64,000 nucleotides of DNA, from assembly GCA_041652555.1 (NCBI GenBank), contig JBAZHE010000003.1, positions 4,096 to 68,095 of the forward strand. Direction: 5' to 3'. Position 1 is the first letter of the stretch. Each line of letters opens with the position of its first letter. The position numbers and the translations under genes were made by a program. The notes beneath the pieces are model-generated. The model searched no databases and had not been told where the DNA came from. It worked only from the letters and a program-made list of their open reading frames with translations. This document shows, one piece after another, positions 6,793 to 16,235 of the stretch. The stretch comes from Patescibacteria group bacterium (GTDB lineage: Bacteria; Patescibacteriota; Patescibacteriia; Patescibacteriales; WJLG01).

Positions 6793-9700
6793 CTAAAAAC
6801 CCCACTTCCCCAACGTCGGAGTCGCCGGGTCAAACTCGCACCAGTTGAAATTCAACGGTTCCATAATCCGTGATAACGGAGTCTTTAAAGTCTTCTCTAA
6901 CATTGTATCAACATCAACTATAAAAATGTTTCTATCTATTTGATCCGCATACTCAAAACAAACTACATCCGTGCGCGGATATTTTGAAGTAACATTCTTA
7001 ATATATAAACGTTTCGGTTTTGACCCCTTACCAAAATTCGTTCCCAGATAAGTGTTAGAATACACCGCCGCGCGCACCTGCGCATCTTGGATATCATATT
7101 CTTCCAATGGTTTACCAATGCCGCCGGGAATTCCTACATCGTCGAGACTATATTTACCCGCGCGGTATTTACGTATAACATCCGAAATAGTAGTTCTGAT
7201 TTCTTCATAAGGTTTGCCCTCAAGAACCATCTCGATAAGTGTTTTCATTGCGTCACGTGTGACCTTGGGGGAATCCGACCGCTTGGTTTCAAAACCCACA
7301 ATATCAATTTTATGCGCGTCTACACCTTCCTTCCAAATAAGGAGTCCAGCGTATCGCTTCTTCTTCCCGCCGCTAAAAAATCTCTGGTATAATTTTTCAA
7401 ATTTCACGGAGAAATATTGAACATCGGCATTTAATGTTTCTTTTGCAAACTGTGGATATGAGTTATTAAGAAGCGTTTCAAGTTCCTTCGCAATAAACAT
7501 AGTTCCTTCTTTCCCAATACTTTTTGGTATCTTTATACCAACCGAATCGGTATCACCAAAAACAATTTTATATTCTTCGTGTTCTACAAGTTTTTTGTTG
7601 TGCTCCAAAAGCGCGCGCCCTACTGATGTAATAGCCGAACCCACGTCACGGTCATTAAGACGGAACATCGGATTTGCCGAAACCCCATAATAAGAATTCA
7701 TGCAAACCTTAACCACGTCCTGTTTCATATTTAAAAGTTTATACTCACGAGAATCAAAAGGATACTTATTCCGTTCCTTTTTCATCTCATCTCGTTCACG
7801 TAAAAATTTCGCCTGAATCTTTCTAACCAATCCATCGGGTTCTTTTTTAAATCTGACACCATTAGGAGCGCGCAGTTCTCCTTTTGGATCTTTGGTTTCT
7901 GGAGATGCATTAATAGTCATCATCGACATTGGATACAATGATTTAGCATCCAAAACAGCAACGTTTTCTTGCACTCCGCGCATGGGAGCAATAACCGTAG
8001 CCCCTTCAAACGATTCTTGTGTATTTATAGAATTTGCCTTTGAAGGTAAAATAAACCCATTTTCTTTTGCTTCTCTCAAAACCAACATATCAATAATAGG
8101 CATACTATTTGTTGTCTTTTCCAGAGGACACCCGGCATAATGAGCAACATACCTGTGGAATTCAACAGTTTCGTCTTTTGCATTAATACCTACACATAAT
8201 TCCACATCAGTGAAGTTATAGTAAACCAGATTGGTAGGATCTTCTTTCCATAAATCGAAAACCTTTCCATTGTGATGGATTTTTTGTTTCCCCAATTCTT
8301 CTAATGCTATTGCATCAAGGCGATAAGAAGGTTGTTCACCCAAATGCATTCTTTTATACCCGGATAATAAATCAAAAAGTTGACGACCTTTGATTTCTAT
8401 GCGCCCGGTGTTTCCACTAGGCAACCGCGACCACGCATCGCGCGGGATACCTAATACATCCATACGACCCAGAATGTAAGGTATATCAAATTCATTACAA
8501 TTATGTACAACGCAACCAATCGAAAAATTATGTTCTGTCGTTTCAATATCGTAGCAATTTTTAGGCACGTCGTTACTTACATTTTTTACCCGCAGATACA
8601 TATTAGTTAGATTTCTATTAAAATTAAATCTGAAATGATCTTTCCTAGTAACTCGTTTTCTCTTAATTATATGGATTTTATTTTTTATTTTCTTCTGCAA
8701 AAACTTTTTCATACACTCTAATAGTTTTTGGGTTATACATAAGATCCGTAAATTTATATTACATGTAGATGAAGTTATCGCACCAAATCCTGCAAATAAC
8801 TGAAAATGCCGAATATTAATAGTATGATCTCCTATACAAAAGACATCTGAATACCCATCGCCATCATACCATCCAGCTAAAAAAGCCCCGAACTCTTCTA
8901 CAGATAGACGAGATAATAAACCAAAATTGAGTTGTTTCTTATCACCAACCAGAATGAGATGTTCTGCCCCTTTTAGATCTCGCTGCAATATATTAGAACA
9001 CCAGACACCTTTTGTAAACCATCTATGGTTTTCCCCGCAACATCTATTAATGAGGTTTATATTTTTATTGTAAAATCTAAATCTCCACTTATCTGGTCTG
9101 GCGCCATCGGAATAAATAAGTCCAGCCCTGTAACAATTAAAAGGATCAAGCCCGAGACCAATATTATTTTCATACTGCCGTATTGGAATATGCAATATAC
9201 TATCAGAAGTTATATTTTTAGAAATTTCGTATGTTGGTTCATAGTTTTCGCAATGTTCCCACACATAATGACGATCTTGTGGAATTTGAGAAACTAACAT
9301 TCGATGATCTTCCCCAACAATAAAATCCCATCCAATAGATGTTCTTATACGAGTTGTATTCTTAACCCCCGTATTATAAACGGATACAACTTTTCCACCT
9401 GTGTTTAAAACAATACCCGGTATTAATGCCTTAATTGGTATAAGACCGTTTTTTGTGTCAACCATTGTATCTTCTGGAACGCAGTTCCACCCCGTAATAA
9501 TATCCGGATCTGTGGATTTGATATATTCACAAAAATCCACAAGAAGAGATTTTTCATCCGTGTATGTTATAACGTCGTGGTGAGCGGGATCAAAGCACCC
9601 GTTCTCTTTAGGTGTTTCTATAAGAGGTGAAGTAGCGACAACAAATGTAATATAACGATTTGTAAAACTATCATGACAAGTAATGCAAAAAATTGGATCT

Positions 9701-10164
9701 TTCGTTGCATCCGGGAACCCGCGTTCATCAGAACATTCAATATCCACAATACAAACGCGCGCGGGATAGTTTAAATCTTTGAATAATATGTCGTCAATCG
9801 TGCATGGTGATTGTGTATAAGAGAAACCAGATTTTATTTTTGTATCAATCAGAAACCTCAATGTGTATAAAATATCCGCTTCATAGTGTTTAGAAAACTT
9901 CTCGCGCGATTCAAAAATGTCACCGGGTTTTTGAGTAATGACTTTCACCAAAGGTTCATGGAGAATGGAAAAATATTCATTTGAATCAACTTCGGAGGGT
10001 GGTGTTGCTTTGGGGGATTCTGATGCGGGAACAAAAAAATAAGGTTTGAAACCAACCACATCCACACGATGAGAAACACCGGAGGAGTCACGACCGAAGA
10101 TGTTAATGACAGGAGAGTTGTTATGGAAGGAGTATTCGGCTTGAGTTAAGCAGAGATCAGGCAT
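6793..10164 (-). CDS. polB: family B DNA polymerase, intein-containing (795-aa extein + 328-aa intein)
   Basis: Exo I VDIECS, Exo II GWN/CNEFDIPY (split by intein), motif A DAKSLYPMSMM, motif B KVCMNSYYGV, motif C VFGDTDSV. Confidence 0.95.
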   Translation of the reverse strand: MPDLCLTQAEYSFHNNSPVINIFGRDSSGVSHRVDVVGFKPYFFVPASESPKATPPSEVDSNEYFSILHEPLVKVITQKPGDIFESREKFSKHYEADILYTLRFLIDTKIKSGFSYTQSPCTIDDILFKDLNYPARVCIVDIECSDERGFPDATKDPIFCITCHDSFTNRYITFVVATSPLIETPKENGCFDPAHHDVITYTDEKSLLVDFCEYIKSTDPDIITGWNCVPEDTMVDTKNGLIPIKALIPGIVLNTGGKVVSVYNTGVKNTTRIRTSIGWDFIVGEDHRMLVSQIPQDRHYVWEHCENYEPTYEISKNITSDSILHIPIRQYENNIGLGLDPFNCYRAGLIYSDGARPDKWRFRFYNKNINLINRCCGENHRWFTKGVWCSNILQRDLKGAEHLILVGDKKQLNFGLLSRLSVEEFGAFLAGWYDGDGYSDVFCIGDHTINIRHFQLFAGFGAITSSTCNINLRILCITQKLLECMKKFLQKKIKNKIHIIKRKRVTRKDHFRFNFNRNLTNMYLRVKNVSNDVPKNCYDIETTEHNFSIGCVVHNCNEFDIPYILGRMDVLGIPRDAWSRLPSGNTGRIEIKGRQLFDLLSGYKRMHLGEQPSYRLDAIALEELGKQKIHHNGKVFDLWKEDPTNLVYYNFTDVELCVGINAKDETVEFHRYVAHYAGCPLEKTTNSMPIIDMLVLREAKENGFILPSKANSINTQESFEGATVIAPMRGVQENVAVLDAKSLYPMSMMTINASPETKDPKGELRAPNGVRFKKEPDGLVRKIQAKFLRERDEMKKERNKYPFDSREYKLLNMKQDVVKVCMNSYYGVSANPMFRLNDRDVGSAITSVGRALLEHNKKLVEHEEYKIVFGDTDSVGIKIPKSIGKEGTMFIAKELETLLNNSYPQFAKETLNADVQYFSVKFEKLYQRFFSGGKKKRYAGLLIWKEGVDAHKIDIVGFETKRSDSPKVTRDAMKTLIEMVLEGKPYEEIRTTISDVIRKYRAGKYSLDDVGIPGGIGKPLEEYDIQDAQVRAAVYSNTYLGTNFGKGSKPKRLYIKNVTSKYPRTDVVCFEYADQIDRNIFIVDVDTMLEKTLKTPLSRIMEPLNFNWCEFDPATPTLGKWGF
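8500..9483 (-). mobile_element. intein with LAGLIDADG homing endonuclease in PolB (residues 228-555)
   Basis: Starts CVPEDTMVDTKNG, ends CVVHN followed by +1 Cys; two LAGLIDADG motifs (YRAGLIYSDGA, FLAGWYDGDGY); removal restores T4/RB69-like GWNxxxFDIPY. Confidence 0.9.
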
Positions 10165-10333
10165 AGATAGGAGACCCCTCTACAAATAACATTAATGTTC
10201 CGACTGTAATTGCTAAAAGGATACCAGCAATAAATGAATGAATAATAATGCCCGTGACTCCCCCAAGACATCCTGCAAAAACGGCAGATAATAAAGAAAT
10301 TAAAATTCCCGTTCCTAACAACTCTTCTTTCAT
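10157..10333 (-). CDS. small glycine-zipper membrane protein (58 aa)
   Basis: ORF track 10157..10435 trimmed to MKEELL ATG 10333, preceded on the minus strand by tttatatcctttaaacgcgtatatattaacaac; longer form would overlap a divergent gene. Confidence 0.5.
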   Translation of the reverse strand: MKEELLGTGILISLLSAVFAGCLGGVTGIIIHSFIAGILLAITVGTLMLFVEGSPIYA

Positions 10334-10418
10334 GTTGTTAATATATACGCGTTTAAAGGATATAAAAGTATTGGTATAGTAGAAACCTTTAAATACACAA
10401 ACATCCAATACTATAAAT

Positions 10419-10565
10419 ATGTCTCTTGATATCAAAAATCAATTCTCTAGAACATTCAATCGACCAGAACCCAACGTTGGCGCGCTTGGTAAAAAGCAAC
10501 GTGGAGAATATTATAGTGGGATCAAAATCTGGGGTCGTCAAGTAAAAGGCGAAAACCGCGATTAA
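10419..10565 (+). CDS. small basic hypothetical protein (48 aa)
   Basis: Not in track (<60 aa); BRE/TATA-like agaaacctttaaatac 10381-10395 about 28 nt before a leaderless ATG. Confidence 0.4.
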   Translation: MSLDIKNQFSRTFNRPEPNVGALGKKQRGEYYSGIKIWGRQVKGENRD

Positions 10566-10753
10566 ATTTCATCAAAAGAATATTTAAAATCTAACACAAG
10601 CATTACCAATCCGAAACAAGCCCCAAATAACATACTAGCAATAATACTTCCCACAATTGCACCCACACAGCCACCAATTCCACCTGCGAGTAAACCATCA
10701 AAAAAAGAAATTATAAATGCGATGGTGGGGTTAAATTCTTTGGTCATTGACAA
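10562..10753 (-). CDS. small glycine-zipper membrane protein, paralog of 10157..10333
   Basis: Shares the AG(G/C)(I/L)GG(C/V)xG(A/I)I(V/I) pattern with the neighbouring gene. Confidence 0.5.
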   Translation of the reverse strand: MSMTKEFNPTIAFIISFFDGLLAGGIGGCVGAIVGSIIASMLFGACFGLVMLVLDFKYSFDEI

Positions 10754-11157
10754 GTTCCATTAATATGTTCACATTTAGCACGATCTGATAATTGTGGTGT
10801 ATTATCTGTAAACGAGTATATTTGCCTATCATCATTTTTGTTGCAATAATATTGGATTGTATAATTATCTCCAATATTTATAATTTTGATATTAAATGGT
10901 TGCGACAAATAATAATAACCATTACCGTTTTCATCAAACAATTCCATTGTTACACCCATACAACCAAAACCATTAAATATACCAACAACTTCTTTATTAG
11001 TGAAAACGATATTTTTTGTAATTAATTGAGATGTTGGTTCGGGCTGCGGTGGCGTGATGTGAAAAACAAATTGGTTAAACAAAACACACAATATAATAAC
11101 TGCAAACATTATCATTATGCATCGTAGTATAAATATTGAGTCGTCGTCGTCGCTCAT
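10744..11157 (-). CDS. hypothetical protein with N-terminal transmembrane anchor (137 aa)
   Basis: ORF track; hydrophobic IMIMFAVIILCVLF followed by a soluble Cys-containing domain. Confidence 0.5.
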   Translation of the reverse strand: MSDDDDSIFILRCIMIMFAVIILCVLFNQFVFHITPPQPEPTSQLITKNIVFTNKEVVGIFNGFGCMGVTMELFDENGNGYYYLSQPFNIKIINIGDNYTIQYYCNKNDDRQIYSFTDNTPQLSDRAKCEHINGTCQ

Positions 11158-11162
11158 ATTAT

Positions 11163-11536
11163 TTACCCCTCATCAAACACTTCTTCTACATTCGATATAT
11201 CATCAACATTTTTTGGAGTAAGAATCTTCTTACCTAATGCAATCGCCAATTCTCGTTCCATCGTCGCTCCTTGACTTTTTCCCATCCGGGCAGTAGAAGA
11301 ATGGCATCACATTTCTCCACAAATGCCAAACAAATATTCATCCACGTATCATAACCAATATCTACAACATGTTGAAACCCAGATGTATTTTTATGCGGTG
11401 TGAATGGTGCCCACCCTTTATAGACAGCAGCAAGCGCATAACGTGACGCTTCAATAATATTGATTTCTGTTCCGTGGAGTTCATCATAACCGTCGGGTAT
11501 GAGACTGAAAGGGCCGGAGATGTAGAGGGTTTTCAT
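11163..11536 (-). pseudogene. DUF4406 / nucleoside 2-deoxyribosyltransferase-like gene interrupted by a -1 frame change in an A5 run
   Basis: MKTLYISGPF...CDAILLLPGWEK, then the frame breaks at ggaaaaagtc (11271-11280); the -1 frame continues SQGATMERELAIALGKKIL.. to a stop at 11163, just before the next gene start. Confidence 0.55.
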
Positions 11537-11710
11537 CTACGCACCAACAAAAACATTCGTGTTCATATATTTATCCGGCATCATTATAGAAGCAACCATC
11601 ATAATTGGCATTGCAATAATCATAAGAAATGGATGGCGCAAATATACTGCGATTGCCATTGATAATATACATACCAGCATTAATATTAATATAAATAATG
11701 GGATTTTCAT
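11537..11710 (-). CDS. small membrane protein (57 aa)
   Basis: Not in track; MKIPLFILILMLVCILSMAIAVYL..; ATG abuts upstream stop and its stop abuts the next ATG. Confidence 0.45.
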   Translation of the reverse strand: MKIPLFILILMLVCILSMAIAVYLRHPFLMIIAMPIMMVASIMMPDKYMNTNVFVGA

Positions 11711-12643
11711 TCACGACCTCCCCTCAAATTTCAACGCCTCTCCGTTCTTCAAAATGAAAAACCCACTTCTCATTACCGGGTGTGTGGTCGTTTTACAAGT
11801 ATATTCCAACGCCTCTCTATCAAACAATCCCCCACCTTCTATACATATAAATCTCCCACTTATATCACGCCCCTGCAATAAATTGTGACCATGCGCCATA
11901 TGAATATTCTTTCCGAATTTTGCACACAACGCGCGCGCTACTCTCAAAGGCAAAATACTAAAGTTTTTCGGGTGGCAAAGCATCCATTCTTGAATCCGAT
12001 CATTTCCATTTTCATCCACACAATTGTGATTCAAAATCATAAAATCATCTGTAGTAGAATGAACACGTCTTTCATAATCAGATATGGTAATGTTTCTCGG
12101 CATCATCGCTAATACTATATCTTTAAACCCTTCTTTCCCACCAGTAAGTGCAATAATACGATTCTCGTGGTTTCCAGAACAAATATAAATTTCTTCAAAC
12201 CATTCAAGAAGGCGGGTCATTATTTTTCGACCTTCATCTTTTTCAGCCTTCCATGTAATAGACACACTTCGGTTTGACTCTGTAACACTAGTGAAAATAC
12301 TAAGGTTATCACAATCCAAGAAGTCTCCGTCGATTGCGAGTTTCCTAATATTTAAATCTTTACAAACACCAATCATATAATCAATAAGAGATTCATCGTG
12401 GCACGGTATGTGAAAATCGCACGCGAGACAAATATCGCCAGCAGTAAACACCAACGGCGCGCGCGCATTTATAAGTTGCTGCGCGAAAGATCCTTTCTTT
12501 GCTTTATATCTTCTACGATATTCGGCAGCACGATCCGGATGTTCTTTTTCATAAATATTACCCTGCACAGAACGTTGCGCAGAACGATTCCGTCTGGCAT
12601 TTCTCGCCTTAACGGTTAATGGATTTTCCAGACCGTGACTCAT
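11711..12643 (-). CDS. calcineurin-like metallophosphoesterase
   Basis: Motifs CDFHIPCHD, IDGDFLD, SGNHENR, MAHGHN in canonical order; basic N-terminal extension. Confidence 0.75.
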   Translation of the reverse strand: MSHGLENPLTVKARNARRNRSAQRSVQGNIYEKEHPDRAAEYRRRYKAKKGSFAQQLINARAPLVFTAGDICLACDFHIPCHDESLIDYMIGVCKDLNIRKLAIDGDFLDCDNLSIFTSVTESNRSVSITWKAEKDEGRKIMTRLLEWFEEIYICSGNHENRIIALTGGKEGFKDIVLAMMPRNITISDYERRVHSTTDDFMILNHNCVDENGNDRIQEWMLCHPKNFSILPLRVARALCAKFGKNIHMAHGHNLLQGRDISGRFICIEGGGLFDREALEYTCKTTTHPVMRSGFFILKNGEALKFEGRS

Positions 12644-12763
12644 TAGAAATCACCGTGACTATACAACTTTAAATAATAGGTATTGTGTTTTGACAATTAT
12701 ACAACCTCGAATTAAAAAGATTATGTTTAGTATATATACGCGTATTCTATTTAAGGGTTTCGT

Positions 12764-13045
12764 CTATACTTTCTTTTTCATCATAGTAATCTCCGTTTCA
12801 TACCAATCTCGGGGTTGCAGCAAATGAAAAAACTTAACAACAATTGCGTTAACTGTTAAAAATATCCCAACTGCTAAATAACCCCACGTGAGATAATAAG
12901 GTGTTACATTGGTAGAGGCATAAATTAAAAATGCCATTCCTCCAAGTAAATATAATGCCATAAACAAGATGTCTAAAATGGCAGACATAAATCCATCGTA
13001 AGTAATCTTACGCGAATCCCATTCTTCTTTTGTGTAAGTAGTCAT
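12764..13045 (-). CDS. membrane protein (93 aa), last gene of ATGA-coupled operon
   Basis: Start moved to ATG 13045, which forms an ATGA overlap with the upstream stop; two hydrophobic helices. Confidence 0.5.
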   Translation of the reverse strand: MTTYTKEEWDSRKITYDGFMSAILDILFMALYLLGGMAFLIYASTNVTPYYLTWGYLAVGIFLTVNAIVVKFFHLLQPRDWYETEITMMKKKV

Positions 13046-13344
13046 TTCGATTTCTCCTTTTTGCACCACGAAATTTTAATGCCGTATATGATAGCCATTA
13101 AAACTATCGCTCCGACAATAATAAGACCCCCTCCAATACGTTCTGAAAGAACATCCATTTCTGTGAGTGGCATTATTCGTCTGTTATTAAGCCATAATGT
13201 TACATCTCGCGGAATAAATAACATCAAAGATCCAAATATTAATATAGACCATACAAATAAGTTGGCAGATAAATTACATAAAAATTTCTTTATTTTGTGT
13301 AATGTCCTACATGAAATCGGAAGAAGTGTAATTTCTATTGTCAT
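13042..13344 (-). CDS. membrane protein (100 aa)
   Basis: ORF track; ATGA overlaps at both ends; hydrophobic segments. Confidence 0.5.
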   Translation of the reverse strand: MTIEITLLPISCRTLHKIKKFLCNLSANLFVWSILIFGSLMLFIPRDVTLWLNNRRIMPLTEMDVLSERIGGGLIIVGAIVLMAIIYGIKISWCKKEKSK

Positions 13345-13595
13345 TTAATATTAACCCCAACCATTTTTGCATTTTCATAATAAACAAGAGTCGCCCCAAC
13401 CAACATGAAGAATATACCAATCCCGCAACCGCTTATTGTTGATGCCGATTTTATATTATTAATAAGATTTAATACAAAATCGCTCGATGCTGGAAGATGC
13501 CCCATCATTGAAAAATACATCATAAAAGCGATTGGTGTTAATACGATTCCCCCGATCAATAAAACGACCCCAAATATTGTTACTTTGGTTATCAT
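13341..13595 (-). CDS. membrane protein (84 aa)
   Basis: Start moved to MITKV ATG 13595 behind GGTGGAAGTGA RBS, just after upstream stop. Confidence 0.5.
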   Translation of the reverse strand: MITKVTIFGVVLLIGGIVLTPIAFMMYFSMMGHLPASSDFVLNLINNIKSASTISGCGIGIFFMLVGATLVYYENAKMVGVNIK

Positions 13596-13596
13596 T

Positions 13597-14001
13597 TCAC
13601 TTCCACCATTTCCCCAACAACATTTCCTTAAACAACCACACACCCATTACCAACAGCGCACCAAATAAAACTGCTACCAAAGTAACAACATTCAATCCAG
13701 TGAGCAATTCAACTGCGATACCAAGAATGATACCTGCAACAAATACAATCATTAAAAATATCTTTGCAATGCTGCGCGCGGCACTTTCAATAACTTCGTT
13801 TCCAATATAATTTGTTTTCTGTTTCCACACAATCCACCCACACGCGACTGCTGTTATAATCGCAAGAACGATTACAAGTGCACGCACTAAATCCCCTATG
13901 AGAAGTGTTGCAGCGATGCCGGAGAAGATACCGGCTTCAAGAACGATTAAAATAAAGAATCGGATAAGGTTTCGGGCGATGGATTCTGGAGTTGTGGTCA
14001 T
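13597..14001 (-). CDS. membrane protein with an internally repeated helix pair (134 aa)
   Basis: Start moved to MTTTPE ATG 14001 (ATGA overlap); repeated ..AGI(F/I)(S/L)GIA(A/V).LL(I/T)G..V..LV..LA/F.. segments. Confidence 0.5.
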   Translation of the reverse strand: MTTTPESIARNLIRFFILIVLEAGIFSGIAATLLIGDLVRALVIVLAIITAVACGWIVWKQKTNYIGNEVIESAARSIAKIFLMIVFVAGIILGIAVELLTGLNVVTLVAVLFGALLVMGVWLFKEMLLGKWWK

Positions 14002-14411
14002 GGTGACACCCCACAAGTTTGGTTGCCGCACGAAATTGGGGCATCGATAGAATAAATCCATTTATAACCCAATTCTTCTTTAATTTTTACTTTGACCGTT
14101 TCATTATCTGCCACTTTAAATTTTGTAACTATATCACAGATATAATACACATTTTCATTGGTATCAATAACAGTCATATCACTATTTTGAATATGTTTGC
14201 ATATTGTTATTGTATCGGTGTATGTAGAACCACCAATAATAAATATTACTGCACAAATACAAGATAATATTGCGAATAAACAAGCAAATACTTCAAAAAA
14301 TGCTTTGGTGTTAGTATTGTCAAAAATAAAAATAATAATTGACAACACGGCAAAAATAGCACATATACCTACCAAATAATACCCCATCGGATCGACATCA
14401 AACGGAATCAT
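13998..14411 (-). CDS. membrane-anchored protein (137 aa)
   Basis: ORF track; two N-terminal TM helices then a soluble domain; ATGA overlaps. Confidence 0.5.
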   Translation of the reverse strand: MIPFDVDPMGYYLVGICAIFAVLSIIIFIFDNTNTKAFFEVFACLFAILSCICAVIFIIGGSTYTDTITICKHIQNSDMTVIDTNENVYYICDIVTKFKVADNETVKVKIKEELGYKWIYSIDAPISCGNQTCGVSP

Positions 14412-15076
14412 TTCCCATTCACCTTCTTAAACTCATCAATAGCAATCTGCACAACAGAATCTTCGTATCCTTCGATAATATCAAACGCCTTTTCCTTTAA
14501 CAGATTGATCGTGATGTCGGAGGGATTAATATTTTGTCCCTTACAGAAGAACGTAACGAGTTTTACAATGCGCGCGATGCCGGTTGGTTTAGAAGAAGCA
14601 ACCGGGGATGAAGAAACCGTACCTGTTGGCTGTGTTGCTGCAACAGAAAGTGCATCTGGAAATGTAGAAACCGAAGATTTCTCGGTTTCTACGACCGGAG
14701 GTGTAACGGGTGTTTCAACAACTTCCACAGGAGCAGTTACTTTCGGTGTGCGCTTCCTTCTTTCCTTAACAACTGGGGGTGCAATTGGTTCTACAACGGG
14801 TTCTTTTACTATTGGATTCTCTTTACATTTAGTCTTACAGTCTACAAAACTGCACTTTCTACACGCTTCTATTTCAAGAATGTTTGGCTCGGTATTATCG
14901 TGTTCTACATTATAACAGGATGGAATATCTTTATTTTTTCCTTCATACCTCTCCACAAGAGTAATAGAACTCATCTTTGTTTTAAGAGTAATATCAATTT
15001 CCGTGATGTCCTCTTCTGAAACTTTTAAGTTCACAAGGCTTACAAGCATGTTTTTGAGTTCGTCTTTTGTTGCCAT
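14408..15076 (-). CDS. hypothetical protein with Pro/Val/Thr-rich linker (222 aa), first gene of operon
   Basis: ORF track; Cys cluster CRKCSFVDCKTKC, PVVEP/PPVV linker. Confidence 0.55.
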   Translation of the reverse strand: MATKDELKNMLVSLVNLKVSEEDITEIDITLKTKMSSITLVERYEGKNKDIPSCYNVEHDNTEPNILEIEACRKCSFVDCKTKCKENPIVKEPVVEPIAPPVVKERRKRTPKVTAPVEVVETPVTPPVVETEKSSVSTFPDALSVAATQPTGTVSSSPVASSKPTGIARIVKLVTFFCKGQNINPSDITINLLKEKAFDIIEGYEDSVVQIAIDEFKKVNGK

Positions 15077-15126
15077 AATATCACAATTAGATAGAACGCG
15101 ATTGTATTTAATGGTTGTGTAGAAGG

Positions 15127-15135
15127 ATTTAAATA
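15127..15135 (+). promoter_or_regulatory. BRE/TATA-like box for leaderless unit starting at 15161
   Basis: agaagg-atttaaata, 26-34 nt upstream of ATG 15161, no RBS. Confidence 0.5.
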
Positions 15136-15160
15136 GATTGATGGCGTATATAGAACGTAT

Positions 15161-15325
15161 ATGACTGACGATTACCCGGTCCTAAATGGAGGATCTACAA
15201 CCAGCCAAAACATTTCCTGCTTCAGCAGATATCAAATGAACAGCGTGAAATGTCTATCCTGTGTTGCAGGGTCTCATTGCTATGATGAAAGAGAGAAACG
15301 CAAGGGTAAAGGTTTTGCACCATGA
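15161..15325 (+). CDS. small Cys-rich protein (54 aa)
   Basis: Not in track; leaderless ATG behind TATA box; ATGA overlap with next gene. Confidence 0.4.
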   Translation: MTDDYPVLNGGSTTSQNISCFSRYQMNSVKCLSCVAGSHCYDEREKRKGKGFAP

Positions 15326-15912
15326 CAACAGACAAGCAGCCGAAGGGATACGATTGCACAAAACCGCCCAAGGACATGTGCCCCAAAGATGCAACCTGTG
15401 GGCATTGTTTTTGGTGGTCGAATAAGACGGAAGCTCGTTCCCACCCAGTCATCGCCCCGCTAGAGGGAGCCGCAAAAAGACTTTTTCCCACGCCCCTCTG
15501 CCAGAAATGTCCCATATATTTAGTCGGGCGTGGTTGCATCCACGAACTTGCGTATGAAAGTTCTGGGGTGTGCGGTGCCGGAATTACCGCGATAGAGCAG
15601 GCAGCCCGGGAGAAAGTGCTGGAAGAAAATCTAGCACTAATCCGCGATGTCATCTCAAAAGATCAATCCGGTCTTGCAGAGGCGTTGGCAAAAATACAAT
15701 CTCTCGCAAAAGGATACGACTGGATCCCGGCCGGGGAATGGGGAAGTTACGACTATACGCAGCGTACAGTAGAAACGCTCCAAAAAGAATGCGGGTATCT
15801 TCTGGAGGAAATTGAAAAGATTGCATACGAAGGATTGCGAGATTCTGGAAACAGAGTTATTGCACATGTCCGGTCCTGTGAAGAATCCCTCCGTCATAAG
15901 GAGCAACCATGA
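15322..15912 (+). CDS. Cys-rich hypothetical protein (196 aa) in a G+C-richer island
   Basis: ORF track; CxxxxxxxCxxxxxCxxC N-terminus, coiled-coil-like C-terminal half. Confidence 0.6.
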   Translation: MTTDKQPKGYDCTKPPKDMCPKDATCGHCFWWSNKTEARSHPVIAPLEGAAKRLFPTPLCQKCPIYLVGRGCIHELAYESSGVCGAGITAIEQAAREKVLEENLALIRDVISKDQSGLAEALAKIQSLAKGYDWIPAGEWGSYDYTQRTVETLQKECGYLLEEIEKIAYEGLRDSGNRVIAHVRSCEESLRHKEQP

Positions 15913-16235
15913 CCAACAACTGTAGTCATTATAAACAAAATAATATCGTTAAATTCACTGATAAAAATTATCATCAATGTGAAACTTGCATGTGGATCGA
16001 CCCAAAAGATAAAACCCAATGCCACCCACCGGATTATGATTGCTGTGGAACGGAAGATGATTTTTATGAGTTAAACGAAACTTTAACCGATTTATATTGG
16101 ATAAAGGGGAGACTTGAAACAGCATTAAAAGAAAACCGATGCATTCGAAATGAATTTGAAACCGTATCGGAGCGTTTAAATAAAATTATCAAATTTTGTG
16201 AGTTTATTAAATATCTAAATAAAGAGAAACCATGA
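15909..16235 (+). CDS. Cys-rich hypothetical protein (108 aa)
   Basis: ORF track; ATGA overlap; AAGGAG RBS. Confidence 0.55.
   Translation: MTNNCSHYKQNNIVKFTDKNYHQCETCMWIDPKDKTQCHPPDYDCCGTEDDFYELNETLTDLYWIKGRLETALKENRCIRNEFETVSERLNKIIKFCEFIKYLNKEKP

Noticed and set aside
7087-9583. Plus-strand ORFs inside the PolB gene (7087..7392, 7892..8140, 9025..9297, etc.)
   Set aside because: They are antisense to a polymerase frame with all conserved motifs, and have no start context.
11559-11888. ORF 11559..11888(+)
   Set aside because: It is antisense to two tightly coupled minus-strand genes and gives a low-complexity Ile/Asn-rich translation typical of AT-rich antisense frames.
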